A DNA stretch of 18,250 nucleotides from Promethearchaeota archaeon (GTDB lineage Archaea > Asgardarchaeota > Thorarchaeia > Thorarchaeales > Thorarchaeaceae). The position numbers and the translations under genes are program-made. Under the pieces are notes generated by a model. It was not told the DNA's origin. It saw only the letters and a list, made by a program, of their open reading frames with translations, and ran no database searches. This document shows positions 7,267 through 16,356 of this stretch, one piece after another. The stretch is taken from positions 1 to 18,250 of the forward strand of contig JALVPN010000115.1 of the NCBI GenBank assembly GCA_027031765.1. The letters run 5' to 3'. Each line of letters opens with the position of its first letter. The first letter of the stretch is position 1.

Positions 7267-8631
7267 TCAAACGGCACGTGTGTCGTGACTGTCTGGCTGG
7301 TGGGCATCGTCGTCACGTCGTGTTTCCAGTGCGCACGAGAGCCGGACGTGAAAACGTGTGCCCACGGCCTTCTCACCCTTCTCAATGACCTCAGCATGCA
7401 CATCGCAGTTGCACATGGACGAGAGCGCCTTTATCAGGAAGAGGCCAAGGCCCCCCGTTGGCGGCATCTGGGGCACCGCACCTTGCTCGGAGTTGAGGTA
7501 CTCCAGTGCTGCGCTGGACAGGCCGCCTGCATCGTCTTCGATTATCAGTGTCACGCTCCTGCCGTCTGTCCTATGGGCTATGCCTATGCGGGTGGCACCG
7601 TGTTTCAGTGCATTGTCGAGGATGTTCCACACGACCTGCCTGAGTAGCTGGTTCGATGATACGGGGATCTCTCCAGTAAGCGTGTTCTCAATACGGGCGT
7701 CCCTGTCCCTGTATACCCCCATGAGGGGTCTCAGGACACTGTCCACCATCTGACGGATATCAATGGTCTCGAAAGTGCTCTGTAGATGTGCCACCTGAGA
7801 GCTGACCTCGCGCATGTACTCTACGAACTTGGACGCGTTCGCAAGGGTGGCGGCAGCGACTTCGAGCCACTCGTGCGAGTCGGGCCCCCAGTCACGTGCC
7901 AGTTCCAGCGACTGGGATACCAGGTGCAGGTAGCCGCGGATGTCGTGCTGCACAATCCCTGAGAGTAGGAGCGCCACTTGGAACTGCGTCTGGAACCGCT
8001 GGTCGGTGACCTTCACGAACAGTGCGAACAGACATGCCCCCTGTACCGAGACCACAGTCCCCTGCAATATGACAAGTGCAGTCATGGCCTCTCTGAAGAC
8101 AAGGCCCACAGTCGGGGCCACAAAACAGCTCGCGGCCCACAACAGCGCCGCCGTCCTAGCAATGGCGTTCAACCAGCCCGGATGTCTGTCAACGGTTGGT
8201 AGCGACCTGTAGAAGTAGATGCCAGCCACACCAGCATAGAGCAGCGGCGGGGCCAACATCAGGGGTGTCGGTACACCCAGGACCACCGTTACCGCACTGT
8301 ACGCTGCGGCACCAACACCCATGGTCAGATACGTCGCCACGGAAAACGGTGCCCGCCCGGCTCCAAGCGAGCCGTTGAGCAGCAGTGTCGACCCGAACAT
8401 GAGCCCGCACGCTGCTACGGCATCGAACACGTCCGGCTCCATCCCCAAGTTGAACACGCTAGGCCCGGTCATCGACGCCAGCACCAGCCAGCCCACGGCC
8501 CAGAAGCGCATCCGCGGCCCAGTAGCGTATCGCACGAAGCCTGTGATTATGATGAGCACGAATGTCAGTACCACCTCTATTCCAAGAAGCGTCGTCACAT
8601 GCACCGGGAGCAACTCCTGCAAACCAGTCAC
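7267..8631 (-). CDS. Membrane-bound sensor histidine kinase with about 7 TM helices
   Basis: Seven hydrophobic segments in the first ~205 aa; H-box QHDIRGYL; N-box NILDNALKH; G1-like EDDAGG; G2 GGLGLFL. No response regulator in the window. Confidence 0.88.
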   Translation of the reverse strand: MTGLQELLPVHVTTLLGIEVVLTFVLIIITGFVRYATGPRMRFWAVGWLVLASMTGPSVFNLGMEPDVFDAVAACGLMFGSTLLLNGSLGAGRAPFSVATYLTMGVGAAAYSAVTVVLGVPTPLMLAPPLLYAGVAGIYFYRSLPTVDRHPGWLNAIARTAALLWAASCFVAPTVGLVFREAMTALVILQGTVVSVQGACLFALFVKVTDQRFQTQFQVALLLSGIVQHDIRGYLHLVSQSLELARDWGPDSHEWLEVAAATLANASKFVEYMREVSSQVAHLQSTFETIDIRQMVDSVLRPLMGVYRDRDARIENTLTGEIPVSSNQLLRQVVWNILDNALKHGATRIGIAHRTDGRSVTLIIEDDAGGLSSAALEYLNSEQGAVPQMPPTGGLGLFLIKALSSMCNCDVHAEVIEKGEKAVGTRFHVRLSCALETRRDDDAHQPDSHDTRAV

Positions 8632-9185
8632 CAGTCCCTATCTACTGTAGGCCCACACCACCGTGCTATCCATGGCCCCGTGCTCTCTCACCTGCGTTCC
8701 CAGACCCGCCGCCAGATGCATGTGTGGCCTGCACGCGGCCCACCGACCTCTGTTCATGTGTCGTTTCACATGCACTCTCTCCCACCACTCCATTAAGCAT
8801 TATCTGTGACCGTCCCCCTCAGCAGACAGCCTACGGCCCGAATGTCGCTCAGTGGACACGCCCACTCTCAACCGATGAAGAGTCCGCCAACATAACCTCT
8901 CGCCCACATCCGTCGTCCCACATCCAGTCGTCTGCCAAAGTCGTCCCTCGTGCCCTCACCTATGGCTATGTCTCATATGTGGTGTCCCCCACAGGGCTGC
9001 CTGCACTCACGGGCCGAGGTCTGGTTGCAGCACATGCCGACACTCGATGTCCCGTCAATCCTGTCAATAAGGCGCCGCGTGTGCAGTACCCGTCGTGGCT
9101 GGCACCCAGAGAGTTGTCGTCACGCCTGTCCTGAGATACCAAGGTCATGGACCATGTGGTACTGGTAGTGCCGCAGTGGAGAGCC

Positions 9186-9200
9186 GGAAAAGGTTAATAT
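9186..9200 (+). promoter_or_regulatory. Possible BRE + TATA promoter for the first FG-GAP surface-protein gene
   Basis: GGAAAAGG followed by TTAATAT, the archaeal BRE-TATA arrangement, in an otherwise GC-rich intergenic region. Confidence 0.45.
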
Positions 9201-9420
9201 CGTACTTTCAGCAACAGCTACGGCGGACAAGGAACGGAACGGTGGGCCAGTGATGCGGAGAGTGCTTTCGGGGCTCCACGCACTCCTTGCTGGGTGTCCT
9301 CTTGGGGCCAATGCGCGTCGACGGGAGCAGTTTCGAAACTGCAGGCAGGAGACCTGCGATAGGAAGTGTATGGGTCGTACTATGAACACACAGTATGCCC
9401 GTGGTGTGCGGACAGTACGC

Positions 9421-10698
9421 ATGCGGGTGCGCTGGCCACTGGTTGTTGTGGTGGTGCTTGTCGTGGCCCTGCAACTGGGTGTAGGGACTTCCTCAAGCAT
9501 GAGCCCCAGTGCCGGCACCAAGGGGCCTGCGGGCGACACCCAGCCCCATCAGCACCGACAACTTGGGCTGAGCGAAGCAACCGAGCTGAGCCCTCTCTAT
9601 ATCAGTGAGATGGACTACCACTTCATAACCCACGGGGAGTGCTTCCGGTCAGCTGAAGACCCTGACAAGTCCTACCTGCTTGCCATGAGCGTCGTTGACT
9701 CTGGTTCCGACATTGAGGTGCCAGTGTCAGTCTGGGCCTACAACCATACCTCAAGTACAGTCGACCAGATCTCCTCGACGTATCCAGTGCCCTCGGGCAC
9801 AATGTACCTCCATCCCCTCAGTGCCACATACATGGGGCACCAGGTGCTCTGGGGGTACTCGTATGTTCATGGTGTGAGGAAGGTCGCGCTCTACTACTGG
9901 GACGGCACGGACTTCGTAAAGTTCACAAACGAGATTACGCTTGGGGGTGGCGTCTGGACCTGGCACCACTACGAGTACGACTTCAACCATGATGGCATCC
10001 CCGACTTCACCTTCGCATGTTCCTACGGTGGTGGTCAGGTGGGCGTCATCACATGGGACGGTAGTTCCACAATCTCAATCGCATGGCAACTCGACTTCGG
10101 TCTTACGACTCACAGCGGCAGCATTGGCGATATCGACAACGATGGAAAGCCCGAAATCGTGGCCCTCTCGTGGACCGACGAGTCTGTGAAAATCATTGAC
10201 TGGACTGACAACTTCGACTTCAGTCTGCTCACGTCATACGACTTGGCGGCACACAGCATGACCACCGGTGGTGTGGATGCAGTTGTCGGGGATGTTGACA
10301 ATGATGGCGTATCCGAGCTGTTCGTCAGTTGCACAAAGAGCGGAACGCCATGGCTGTATGTCTTCCAGTACACGGGCGGCGAGCTCGTGAACGTAGACAG
10401 CTATCTCCTCGGGACCCGCGAGTTCCCAGACTTCTCGACGGTAGACATCTGTTTCTTCGACCAGGACTCGGTCCCTGATATCTTGGTAGGTACAAATGAG
10501 TCCTTCGAGATACTGAACTGGGACAAGACCACCGGGTTCTCGTGCAAGTACTACTATGAGAACCCCTATGCCCACCACGACCCTCCGCCACAATATGATG
10601 AGTTCAACTACTACATCATCCCGGCAAACTTGGACGATGACGACCAGTCTGAGGTGGCAGTTTCATTCGCCACTTACTCTACTGAAACAAATGCGTAG
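9421..10698 (+). CDS. Exported FG-GAP/VCBS beta-propeller; N-terminal part of a 9421-12366 gene interrupted by an in-frame TAG
   Basis: Signal-peptide-like MRVRWPLVVVVVLVVALQLGVGTSSS at ATG 9421 (upstream starts at 9250/9253/9382 are possible). FG-GAP Ca loops: YDFNHDGIPDF, GDIDNDGKPEIV, GDVDNDGVSELF, FFDQDSVPDILVG, NLDDDDQSEVAV. Confidence 0.8.
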   Translation: MRVRWPLVVVVVLVVALQLGVGTSSSMSPSAGTKGPAGDTQPHQHRQLGLSEATELSPLYISEMDYHFITHGECFRSAEDPDKSYLLAMSVVDSGSDIEVPVSVWAYNHTSSTVDQISSTYPVPSGTMYLHPLSATYMGHQVLWGYSYVHGVRKVALYYWDGTDFVKFTNEITLGGGVWTWHHYEYDFNHDGIPDFTFACSYGGGQVGVITWDGSSTISIAWQLDFGLTTHSGSIGDIDNDGKPEIVALSWTDESVKIIDWTDNFDFSLLTSYDLAAHSMTTGGVDAVVGDVDNDGVSELFVSCTKSGTPWLYVFQYTGGELVNVDSYLLGTREFPDFSTVDICFFDQDSVPDILVGTNESFEILNWDKTTGFSCKYYYENPYAHHDPPPQYDEFNYYIIPANLDDDDQSEVAVSFATYSTETNA

Positions 10699-10728
10699 TA
10701 CCACACCCTTGGTGTCTTTGACAGCGAT

Positions 10729-12366
10729 GTGTCTTTTGACGACGACTCCGACGGGATGCCTAACAAGTGGGAAGAATCTCACGGTCTGGACTACTCCAAC
10801 AGCAGTGATGCATCCCTAGATGGGGACAGGGACGGTCTGACAAACTTGGAGGAGTACCAGAACGGCTGTGACCCTTGGAACAACGACACAGACGCTGATG
10901 GTCTTGCCGACGGGTGGGAGGTCGCCAACGGCCTGAATCCTACTGTTGTTGACACGGATGGCGATGGCCTCGACGACAACTACGAGGTGACGCATGGCCT
11001 CGACCCGTTGAGCCCTGACACCGACGGCGATGGGATGCCTGATGGCTGGGAGGTTGCACACGGTTTCAACGCTACGTACTCTGACGATGGGGTGCTGGAC
11101 GCAGATGGTGACGGTGTGTCCAACTCTGAGGAATACCTGAACGGCTGTGACCCGCTCAAGGCTGACACGGACAATGACGGCCTCCCAGACGGTCTTGAGC
11201 TAGCCTTGCCGCTCAACGCGACCGTGCCGACTGACGGATATGCGGTGTGGGGGCTGCTCGGTGTGTGCGCTGGTGTTGTGGTGCTGGCAGGTCGCCGATG
11301 GCGCGACAAGCAGCTACACCCGTGGCGCCATGACCCCGGAGTGGCCTCGGTCAAGGACGAGGTGCTGAGGGTGCTTGAGTGGTTCAAGATCATGGCGCAG
11401 CGTGCGGCGGAGCTTGAGGACGCACATGACTACAAGGGTGCAGCCCGCCTTCTTGAAAAGCTGCTGAGCATCATTCAGAGAGGACGCAACGACATCATGG
11501 TTATTGGTCGCGATAGGTATGAGGCGCGGGTGGCAGAGCTGGAATGCGCGTTGTGGCGCTGCAGAGTCAAGGCCCACATAGCTGATGCACAGGCCATTGT
11601 TGACAAGTTGAAGTCACGTACGGCCCACATCTGGGATGACGGTTCCCTCCACAAGGCCCTCAAAGATGTGGATGGTGCCCGTGAAGCGGCATCGGCTGAG
11701 CTGAAGGCTGCGCGTGAGGCCGTAGCTCAGGGCCGACTTACAATTGAGGCCGGGTGGGTCACCCAGGCCGAGCATGACCTTGATACGCGCCTGAACGATG
11801 TCACCCAACAGATCCGGAAACGCCTGAGCGCACTCTCTACGGTCAGGGCCAAGGTGGATGAGTTGGAGGATGTGGTGGCGGCCAGCATGGGCAGCGACCC
11901 TCTGGAGGACCGGATTGCTCGGCTGGAGTCTGCACTGGGGGCGCTGCAGCAGGCTGTGAAGTCGCTCGGGGCCGGTCTGGATGTGCTCTTTTCTCCGCAG
12001 GCTGACGCGAAACGTCGACTTGAGAAATGGCAGGTGGACTTGGCGCACGACCTCGGCCTTGACATCCTGGAAGAGGCCTACCTCCGGCTCAACTATCTGA
12101 AGTCACTGGAGGAGCTGACGGGTGAAGGGCCTATTGACCCGAGAATGGAGGAGGCGGCTGCCCGGGATGCCATTGAAGGCGTGCTCATTGAGGCAAGGCG
12201 CGCAGTTGCAGAGGTCGAGCGGATGGATGAGAGCTCAGGTGAGCGCTGGGCCATCGTGGAGGAGGTAAGAGACCGCCTGCTCATGGCCCAGGACCTTGCG
12301 CGACGGTTTCAGTTCACAGAGCTCGAGGGCGAGGTCACGCGCCTGCTGGAACGGCTGTATGAATAG
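10729..12366 (+). CDS. TSP3-like repeat stalk, single TM and long alpha-helical cytoplasmic tail; in-frame continuation of 9421-10698
   Basis: Seven DxDxDG..xE repeats, a TM (YAVWGLLGVCAGVVVLAG) with a basic RRWRDK stop-transfer, then ~350 aa of amphipathic helices. Same frame as the upstream ORF, with no signal peptide or SD of its own. Confidence 0.8.
   Translation: MSFDDDSDGMPNKWEESHGLDYSNSSDASLDGDRDGLTNLEEYQNGCDPWNNDTDADGLADGWEVANGLNPTVVDTDGDGLDDNYEVTHGLDPLSPDTDGDGMPDGWEVAHGFNATYSDDGVLDADGDGVSNSEEYLNGCDPLKADTDNDGLPDGLELALPLNATVPTDGYAVWGLLGVCAGVVVLAGRRWRDKQLHPWRHDPGVASVKDEVLRVLEWFKIMAQRAAELEDAHDYKGAARLLEKLLSIIQRGRNDIMVIGRDRYEARVAELECALWRCRVKAHIADAQAIVDKLKSRTAHIWDDGSLHKALKDVDGAREAASAELKAAREAVAQGRLTIEAGWVTQAEHDLDTRLNDVTQQIRKRLSALSTVRAKVDELEDVVAASMGSDPLEDRIARLESALGALQQAVKSLGAGLDVLFSPQADAKRRLEKWQVDLAHDLGLDILEEAYLRLNYLKSLEELTGEGPIDPRMEEAAARDAIEGVLIEARRAVAEVERMDESSGERWAIVEEVRDRLLMAQDLARRFQFTELEGEVTRLLERLYE
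10738..11232 (+). repeat. Seven intragenic 66/81-bp TSP3-like (DxDxDG) coding repeats
   Basis: Units such as DTDADGLADGWEVANGLNPTVV and DTDGDGLDDNYEVTHGLDPLSP. Confidence 0.85.
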
Positions 12367-13046
12367 TGATGTGCATGTGGGTCAAGGCCTGTGCACCAGC
12401 TGGCCGCCACTTGGCCCGGCCACACTTGGGACACCTGGTACGGCCCCGTGCGAGAGAGTCGAGATGGGGCTTCCCGCAAGTCCCTCAGGGGGTGGTCGGG
12501 CGCCCCATAGCTCTCCGGTGGCAGTACGGTGCTGGGCTGCGATGACGACCACATCCGAGTTTCAGAGCCTGCGCTCAGCTCGTTTCCCAATGGCACCCGG
12601 CGTGCTCCTCGCTGGTGCTGTAAGTCGGGGTGCTGCGGACGCACTCAACGCTGTCACTGGTGGTGTCCGTGAAGACGGGATGCCGCCGGCTGATGACAGA
12701 CATGCGGACAGGTAGCGACGGAGTGGTAGTCGGGCTCTGACAGGTACTGACGGAGCATGGGGTACGCGGGTGTGCCGACGTAGGTCAAGTCTACTGCGGA
12801 CAGGCTGGAGGGGCGCTCCGTGGCTGTACCTGCGATGGGGAGCTGCTGGTGCTTTGGGGCTGGGAGTGTAGTGCGTCGGTGTTGTCATGGCGACCGCAAC
12901 ACTAATTGCGCCCGTTGTGTCAGGGGTGTGTGACCACTGGCAAGGTGCGCCGCGTCCTGATATGCAACGTTTCAACTGACGGTGCGTAGACATGAGGGGG
13001 GCTTGGACGCCAGGTGTGCTGACGGCGGCCCGCACATTGCTGGGGC

Positions 13047-15677
13047 ATGGGAAGTGATCAGTTGTACAGGCACTACTCCGTATTGTTCGCAGTGTCCGTC
13101 CTGATAGCGGCATCGGCAGTTGTTGGCTGCACATGGAATCCTGTCATGTCCTGTCGAGAGTGTGGCTCTGGGGCTGGCCCAGTAGGGAGCGCAGCACCTG
13201 CAGATGGCGCTACCGTCCTCTGGAGCAGCCCGGCCGGGGGCGATGTGAAGTCGTCCCCTGCCCTCTACGATGTCAACGGTGATGGGGTTGTGGATGTTGT
13301 TGTCGGGAGCTGGAATGGTAGCCTGCTCCTGATGTATGGCACCAACGGGTCGGTGTGGGGAAATGTGGTCACCACGGGCCCCATAATGTCCTCACCCACG
13401 CTGGGGGCCTTGACCGGTGATGGCAGTCTTGACATCGCGTTCGGCGACCTGAACGGCAACTTTCTCGTGGTGGACGGTACGAACCTCTCAGTGTTGCTCG
13501 CCATCTCCTTCTCTGGTGCTGTCCTTGCATCGTCTGCAGTTGGTGATGTTGACGGTGATGGTGACATGGATGTGACAGTGGGCACTGAGGGGAACTATAC
13601 GTGCGCCATCGATGCAGCAAACGAGTCTGTGACGTGGGAGTTCAGTACCCAAGGGGGTGTGTTGTCTTCTGCTGCCCTTGGTGATGTCGACGGTGACGGT
13701 GACATGGATGCCGTTTTCGGGTGTTGGGACCGGAGGGTCTACGCCCTCGACGGTGCCACTGGCAATGTTCTATGGTCATACGAGACCGGTGATGAGGTAT
13801 GGTCCTCGCCTGCACTGGGTGATGTGGACGCTGATGGTATCTGTGAGGTGGTCATCGGCAGCGAGGACGGACACGTATACGTACTGGAAGGTGACACCGG
13901 CAACACGGTCTGGTCACATGATGCTGGGGCCGCTGTCACAGCCTCACCTGCGCTTGGCGATGTCGATGGTGACGGTGACCTTGATGTGGTCGTGGGTGCC
14001 TTTGATGGCTGGATGTATGCTCTTGATGGCACGACAGGCTCGCTCCTGTGGTCCTTCAGTGCTGGCGCCGGGACTGTTTCATCGCCTGCGCTCGCCGACC
14101 TCAATGGCGATGGGGGCCTCGACGTCGTCTTCGGCGACGGCAACGGCCGGGTATGGGCACTCATGGGCACCAACGCCAGCGTCCTGTGGTCCTTCCAGAC
14201 AGGAGGTGTTGTGGGCTCGTCCCCGTCCGTCGGGGACATCGATGGCGATGGTGACCTGGACGTGGTAGTGGGCTCTGATGATGACACGGTATACGCACTC
14301 GAGGGCTCCTCGGGCCCGGGCCGGGTATACTGGGAGGGCTCGCGCGGTGACATGGCTTTCCGGAGGACGGGATGCCTCGACGACATAGACCCTGACGGCG
14401 ACATGCTCTCGGACTACTCTGAGGCACTCTATGGCACCGATAGCAGTGACGTGGACACCGACGACGACGGTCTTGCTGACGGGTGGGAGGTCGCCAATGG
14501 CCTCGACCCTACTGTTGTTGACACAGATGGCGACGGTCTCGACGACAACTACGAGGTGATCCATGGCCTCGACCCGCTGAGCCCTGACACCGATGGCGAT
14601 GGGATGCCTGACGAGTGGGAGGTGTCGCATGGCCTCAATGCAACAGATGCCAGTGATGCTGCACAGGACCCCGACCATGACGGTCTTTCCAACCTCGGGG
14701 AGTACCAGCACGGGTGTGACCCGGGTAATGCTGACACGGATGGTGATGGTCTGGCCGATGGCTGGGAGGTCGCCCACGGCCTGGATCCAACCGATGTGGA
14801 CTCGGACGGCGATGGTATGCCTGACGGCTGGGAGGTCGACCATGGCCTCAATGCCGGAGATGCCGGGGACGCAGCACTTGACGGTGACAACGATGGTCTG
14901 ACAAACCTTGCTGAGTACCAGAACGGGTGTGAGCCCGGGAATGCTGACACGGATGGTGATGGTCTGGCTGACGGGTGGGAGGTGGCCAACGGCCTCGACC
15001 CCACTGTCAGTGACAGCGACAGTGACGGCCTGATTGACGGGTGGGAGGTGGAACATGGTCTTGACCCAAGTTCCAACGACACGGACGATGATGGCCTCGC
15101 TGATGGCTGGGAGGTCGCCCACGGCCTCAATGCTACTGACACCGACACCGATGGTGATGGTCTCTCGGACAGCTGGGAGGTGTCTGAGGGCCTGGATGCG
15201 ACCAGCGACGACAGTGACGGTGACGGCATGCCTGATGGCTGGGAGGTCGCCCACGGTCTTGACCCGGCAAGTCCGGAGGATGCTGCACTGGACCCTGATG
15301 GTGATGGCCTGACAGGCCTCGAGGAGTACGTGAACGGTTGCGACCCTCGTGACAATGACACTGACAGCGATGGCATGCCTGATGGCTGGGAAGTGGCCCA
15401 TGGCCTGGACCCGACCGATGCCACAGATGCAGCAGCTGACAGTGACAGCGATGGCCTGTCGGCTCTGGAAGAGTACCAGCATGGCAGTGACCCACGGGAC
15501 ATCGACACAGACGACGACGGTCTCTCTGATGGCTGGGAGGCGTCAATGGGGCTGGATGCTGCCTCCCCCCTAGACGGCTACGCCATCTGGGCGTTTCTCA
15601 CTGCTGCCGCCATTGTCCTCGTCGTTGTCATCGCGTACTCCCTGCGGCGACGTGGACTGTTCCCACAGCGTCCATGA
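13047..15677 (+). CDS. Type I membrane surface protein: FG-GAP/PQQ-like beta-propeller, 17 TSP3-like repeats, C-terminal TM
   Basis: Hydrophobic N-terminal signal (SVLFAVSVLIAASAVVGC); eight ~44-aa blades of consensus LWS...SSPALGDVDGDGDLDVVVG..DG.VYALDG; Asp-rich repeats; TM YAIWAFLTAAAIVLVVVIAYSL; short basic tail RRRGLFPQRP. Confidence 0.92.
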   Translation: MGSDQLYRHYSVLFAVSVLIAASAVVGCTWNPVMSCRECGSGAGPVGSAAPADGATVLWSSPAGGDVKSSPALYDVNGDGVVDVVVGSWNGSLLLMYGTNGSVWGNVVTTGPIMSSPTLGALTGDGSLDIAFGDLNGNFLVVDGTNLSVLLAISFSGAVLASSAVGDVDGDGDMDVTVGTEGNYTCAIDAANESVTWEFSTQGGVLSSAALGDVDGDGDMDAVFGCWDRRVYALDGATGNVLWSYETGDEVWSSPALGDVDADGICEVVIGSEDGHVYVLEGDTGNTVWSHDAGAAVTASPALGDVDGDGDLDVVVGAFDGWMYALDGTTGSLLWSFSAGAGTVSSPALADLNGDGGLDVVFGDGNGRVWALMGTNASVLWSFQTGGVVGSSPSVGDIDGDGDLDVVVGSDDDTVYALEGSSGPGRVYWEGSRGDMAFRRTGCLDDIDPDGDMLSDYSEALYGTDSSDVDTDDDGLADGWEVANGLDPTVVDTDGDGLDDNYEVIHGLDPLSPDTDGDGMPDEWEVSHGLNATDASDAAQDPDHDGLSNLGEYQHGCDPGNADTDGDGLADGWEVAHGLDPTDVDSDGDGMPDGWEVDHGLNAGDAGDAALDGDNDGLTNLAEYQNGCEPGNADTDGDGLADGWEVANGLDPTVSDSDSDGLIDGWEVEHGLDPSSNDTDDDGLADGWEVAHGLNATDTDTDGDGLSDSWEVSEGLDATSDDSDGDGMPDGWEVAHGLDPASPEDAALDPDGDGLTGLEEYVNGCDPRDNDTDSDGMPDGWEVAHGLDPTDATDAAADSDSDGLSALEEYQHGSDPRDIDTDDDGLSDGWEASMGLDAASPLDGYAIWAFLTAAAIVLVVVIAYSLRRRGLFPQRP
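13215..14306 (+). repeat. Eight ~132-bp FG-GAP/PQQ-like blade repeats
   Basis: Loops DVNGDG, ALTGDG, DVDGDG, DVDGDG, DVDADG, DVDGDG, DLNGDG and DIDGDG recur about every 44 aa. Confidence 0.85.
14388..15572 (+). repeat. Seventeen 66/81-bp TSP3-like coding repeats with higher-order organisation
   Basis: 22-aa and 27-aa DxDxDG units. The stretch AATGCTGACACGGATGGTGATGGTCTGGC is identical at 14727 and 14940, 213 bp (71 aa) apart. Confidence 0.9.
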
Positions 15678-15996
15678 GGTCACCTGTGAGTACCCAGGAC
15701 CAGCAGTCAGGTGCTTGGGATGGGCCCGCATACAGGGCCACTCCCTCTCTGGCCGTGTGAGCAGTAGGGTACATGTCTGGTCTCCGAGCCGCAGTAGCGG
15801 AATGAGCCCTCTGTGCAGGTCGAGCTGTGCATGGCCCACAGGCGGGCTGGTGGGCAAGCCGGTGACCAGAGCGGCAACGTATCATGTACCAGTGCCGTAC
15901 ATGGAGACGTTGTATCGCCATGGGCTACTCGGTTGTGTGACCCCGTGGCGCGGAGGTGACGCCGTCCCTGTAGTGTCCGGACTCCTATCTCACTCC

Positions 15997-16356
15997 TCAA
16001 CCAGTGTCCTGTCCCGGCACTGCAAAGTGTTCCTCCCTCACGGAGTACGTCACGACAATGAAGCTCAGGACTGCGCTCACTACGAGGCCAATGACCCCCT
16101 CCAGAAAGAGCACCACCTGGCCGAACCCTGCAACAAGTGGGGCCACAAGGAACCAGATGACAATGCTCGGCAGCACTGACAACTGGAGTGCGGTCTCGGT
16201 ATATGAGGAGAGCCCGGTAGAAGACCCAATCGGTGTCGCACGCCGCAGGAGCAGCCGTGCTATGCCGTAGCTCCAGACCACGGTGGCGGCCCACGTTCCG
16301 AGGGCGAAGAGGAGGAACTGTGATCCTGTGAAGGCACTCATCGGTCGTGCTCTCAC
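15997..16356 (-). CDS. Small hypothetical membrane protein (about 3 TM)
   Basis: 119-aa ORF with three hydrophobic segments. The start is GTG 16356 or ATG 16341. I do not recognise the family. Confidence 0.6.
   Translation of the reverse strand: MRARPMSAFTGSQFLLFALGTWAATVVWSYGIARLLLRRATPIGSSTGLSSYTETALQLSVLPSIVIWFLVAPLVAGFGQVVLFLEGVIGLVVSAVLSFIVVTYSVREEHFAVPGQDTG

Noticed and set aside
2401-12369. Genome-wide TAG-to-pyrrolysine code
   Set aside because: TAG ends mvhD, mvhA, the WD40 gene, DDAH (at the family's normal C-terminus) and the 12366 ORF, so it works as an ordinary, frequent stop here.
12367-13046. Hidden gene or ncRNA in the 680-bp gap between the surface-protein genes
   Set aside because: The overlapping ORFs are low-complexity and not protein-like, and I found no tRNA, SECIS or strong hairpin by eye. 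An Rfam search could still be run.
14079-15508. Long antisense ORFs (467 aa, 319 aa) and other shadow ORFs over hdrA, mvhA and the FG-GAP genes
   Set aside because: They are expected by-products of GC-rich, repetitive sense-strand codons and contain no recognisable motifs.
14388-15572. CRISPR array or non-coding tandem repeat
   Set aside because: The units are multiples of 3, vary mostly at third codon positions, lie inside an ORF and have no unique spacers.
15883-15903. Hairpin CATGTAC-N7-GTACATG between convergent genes
   Set aside because: Only 7 bp with no U-tract, too weak to call a terminator.
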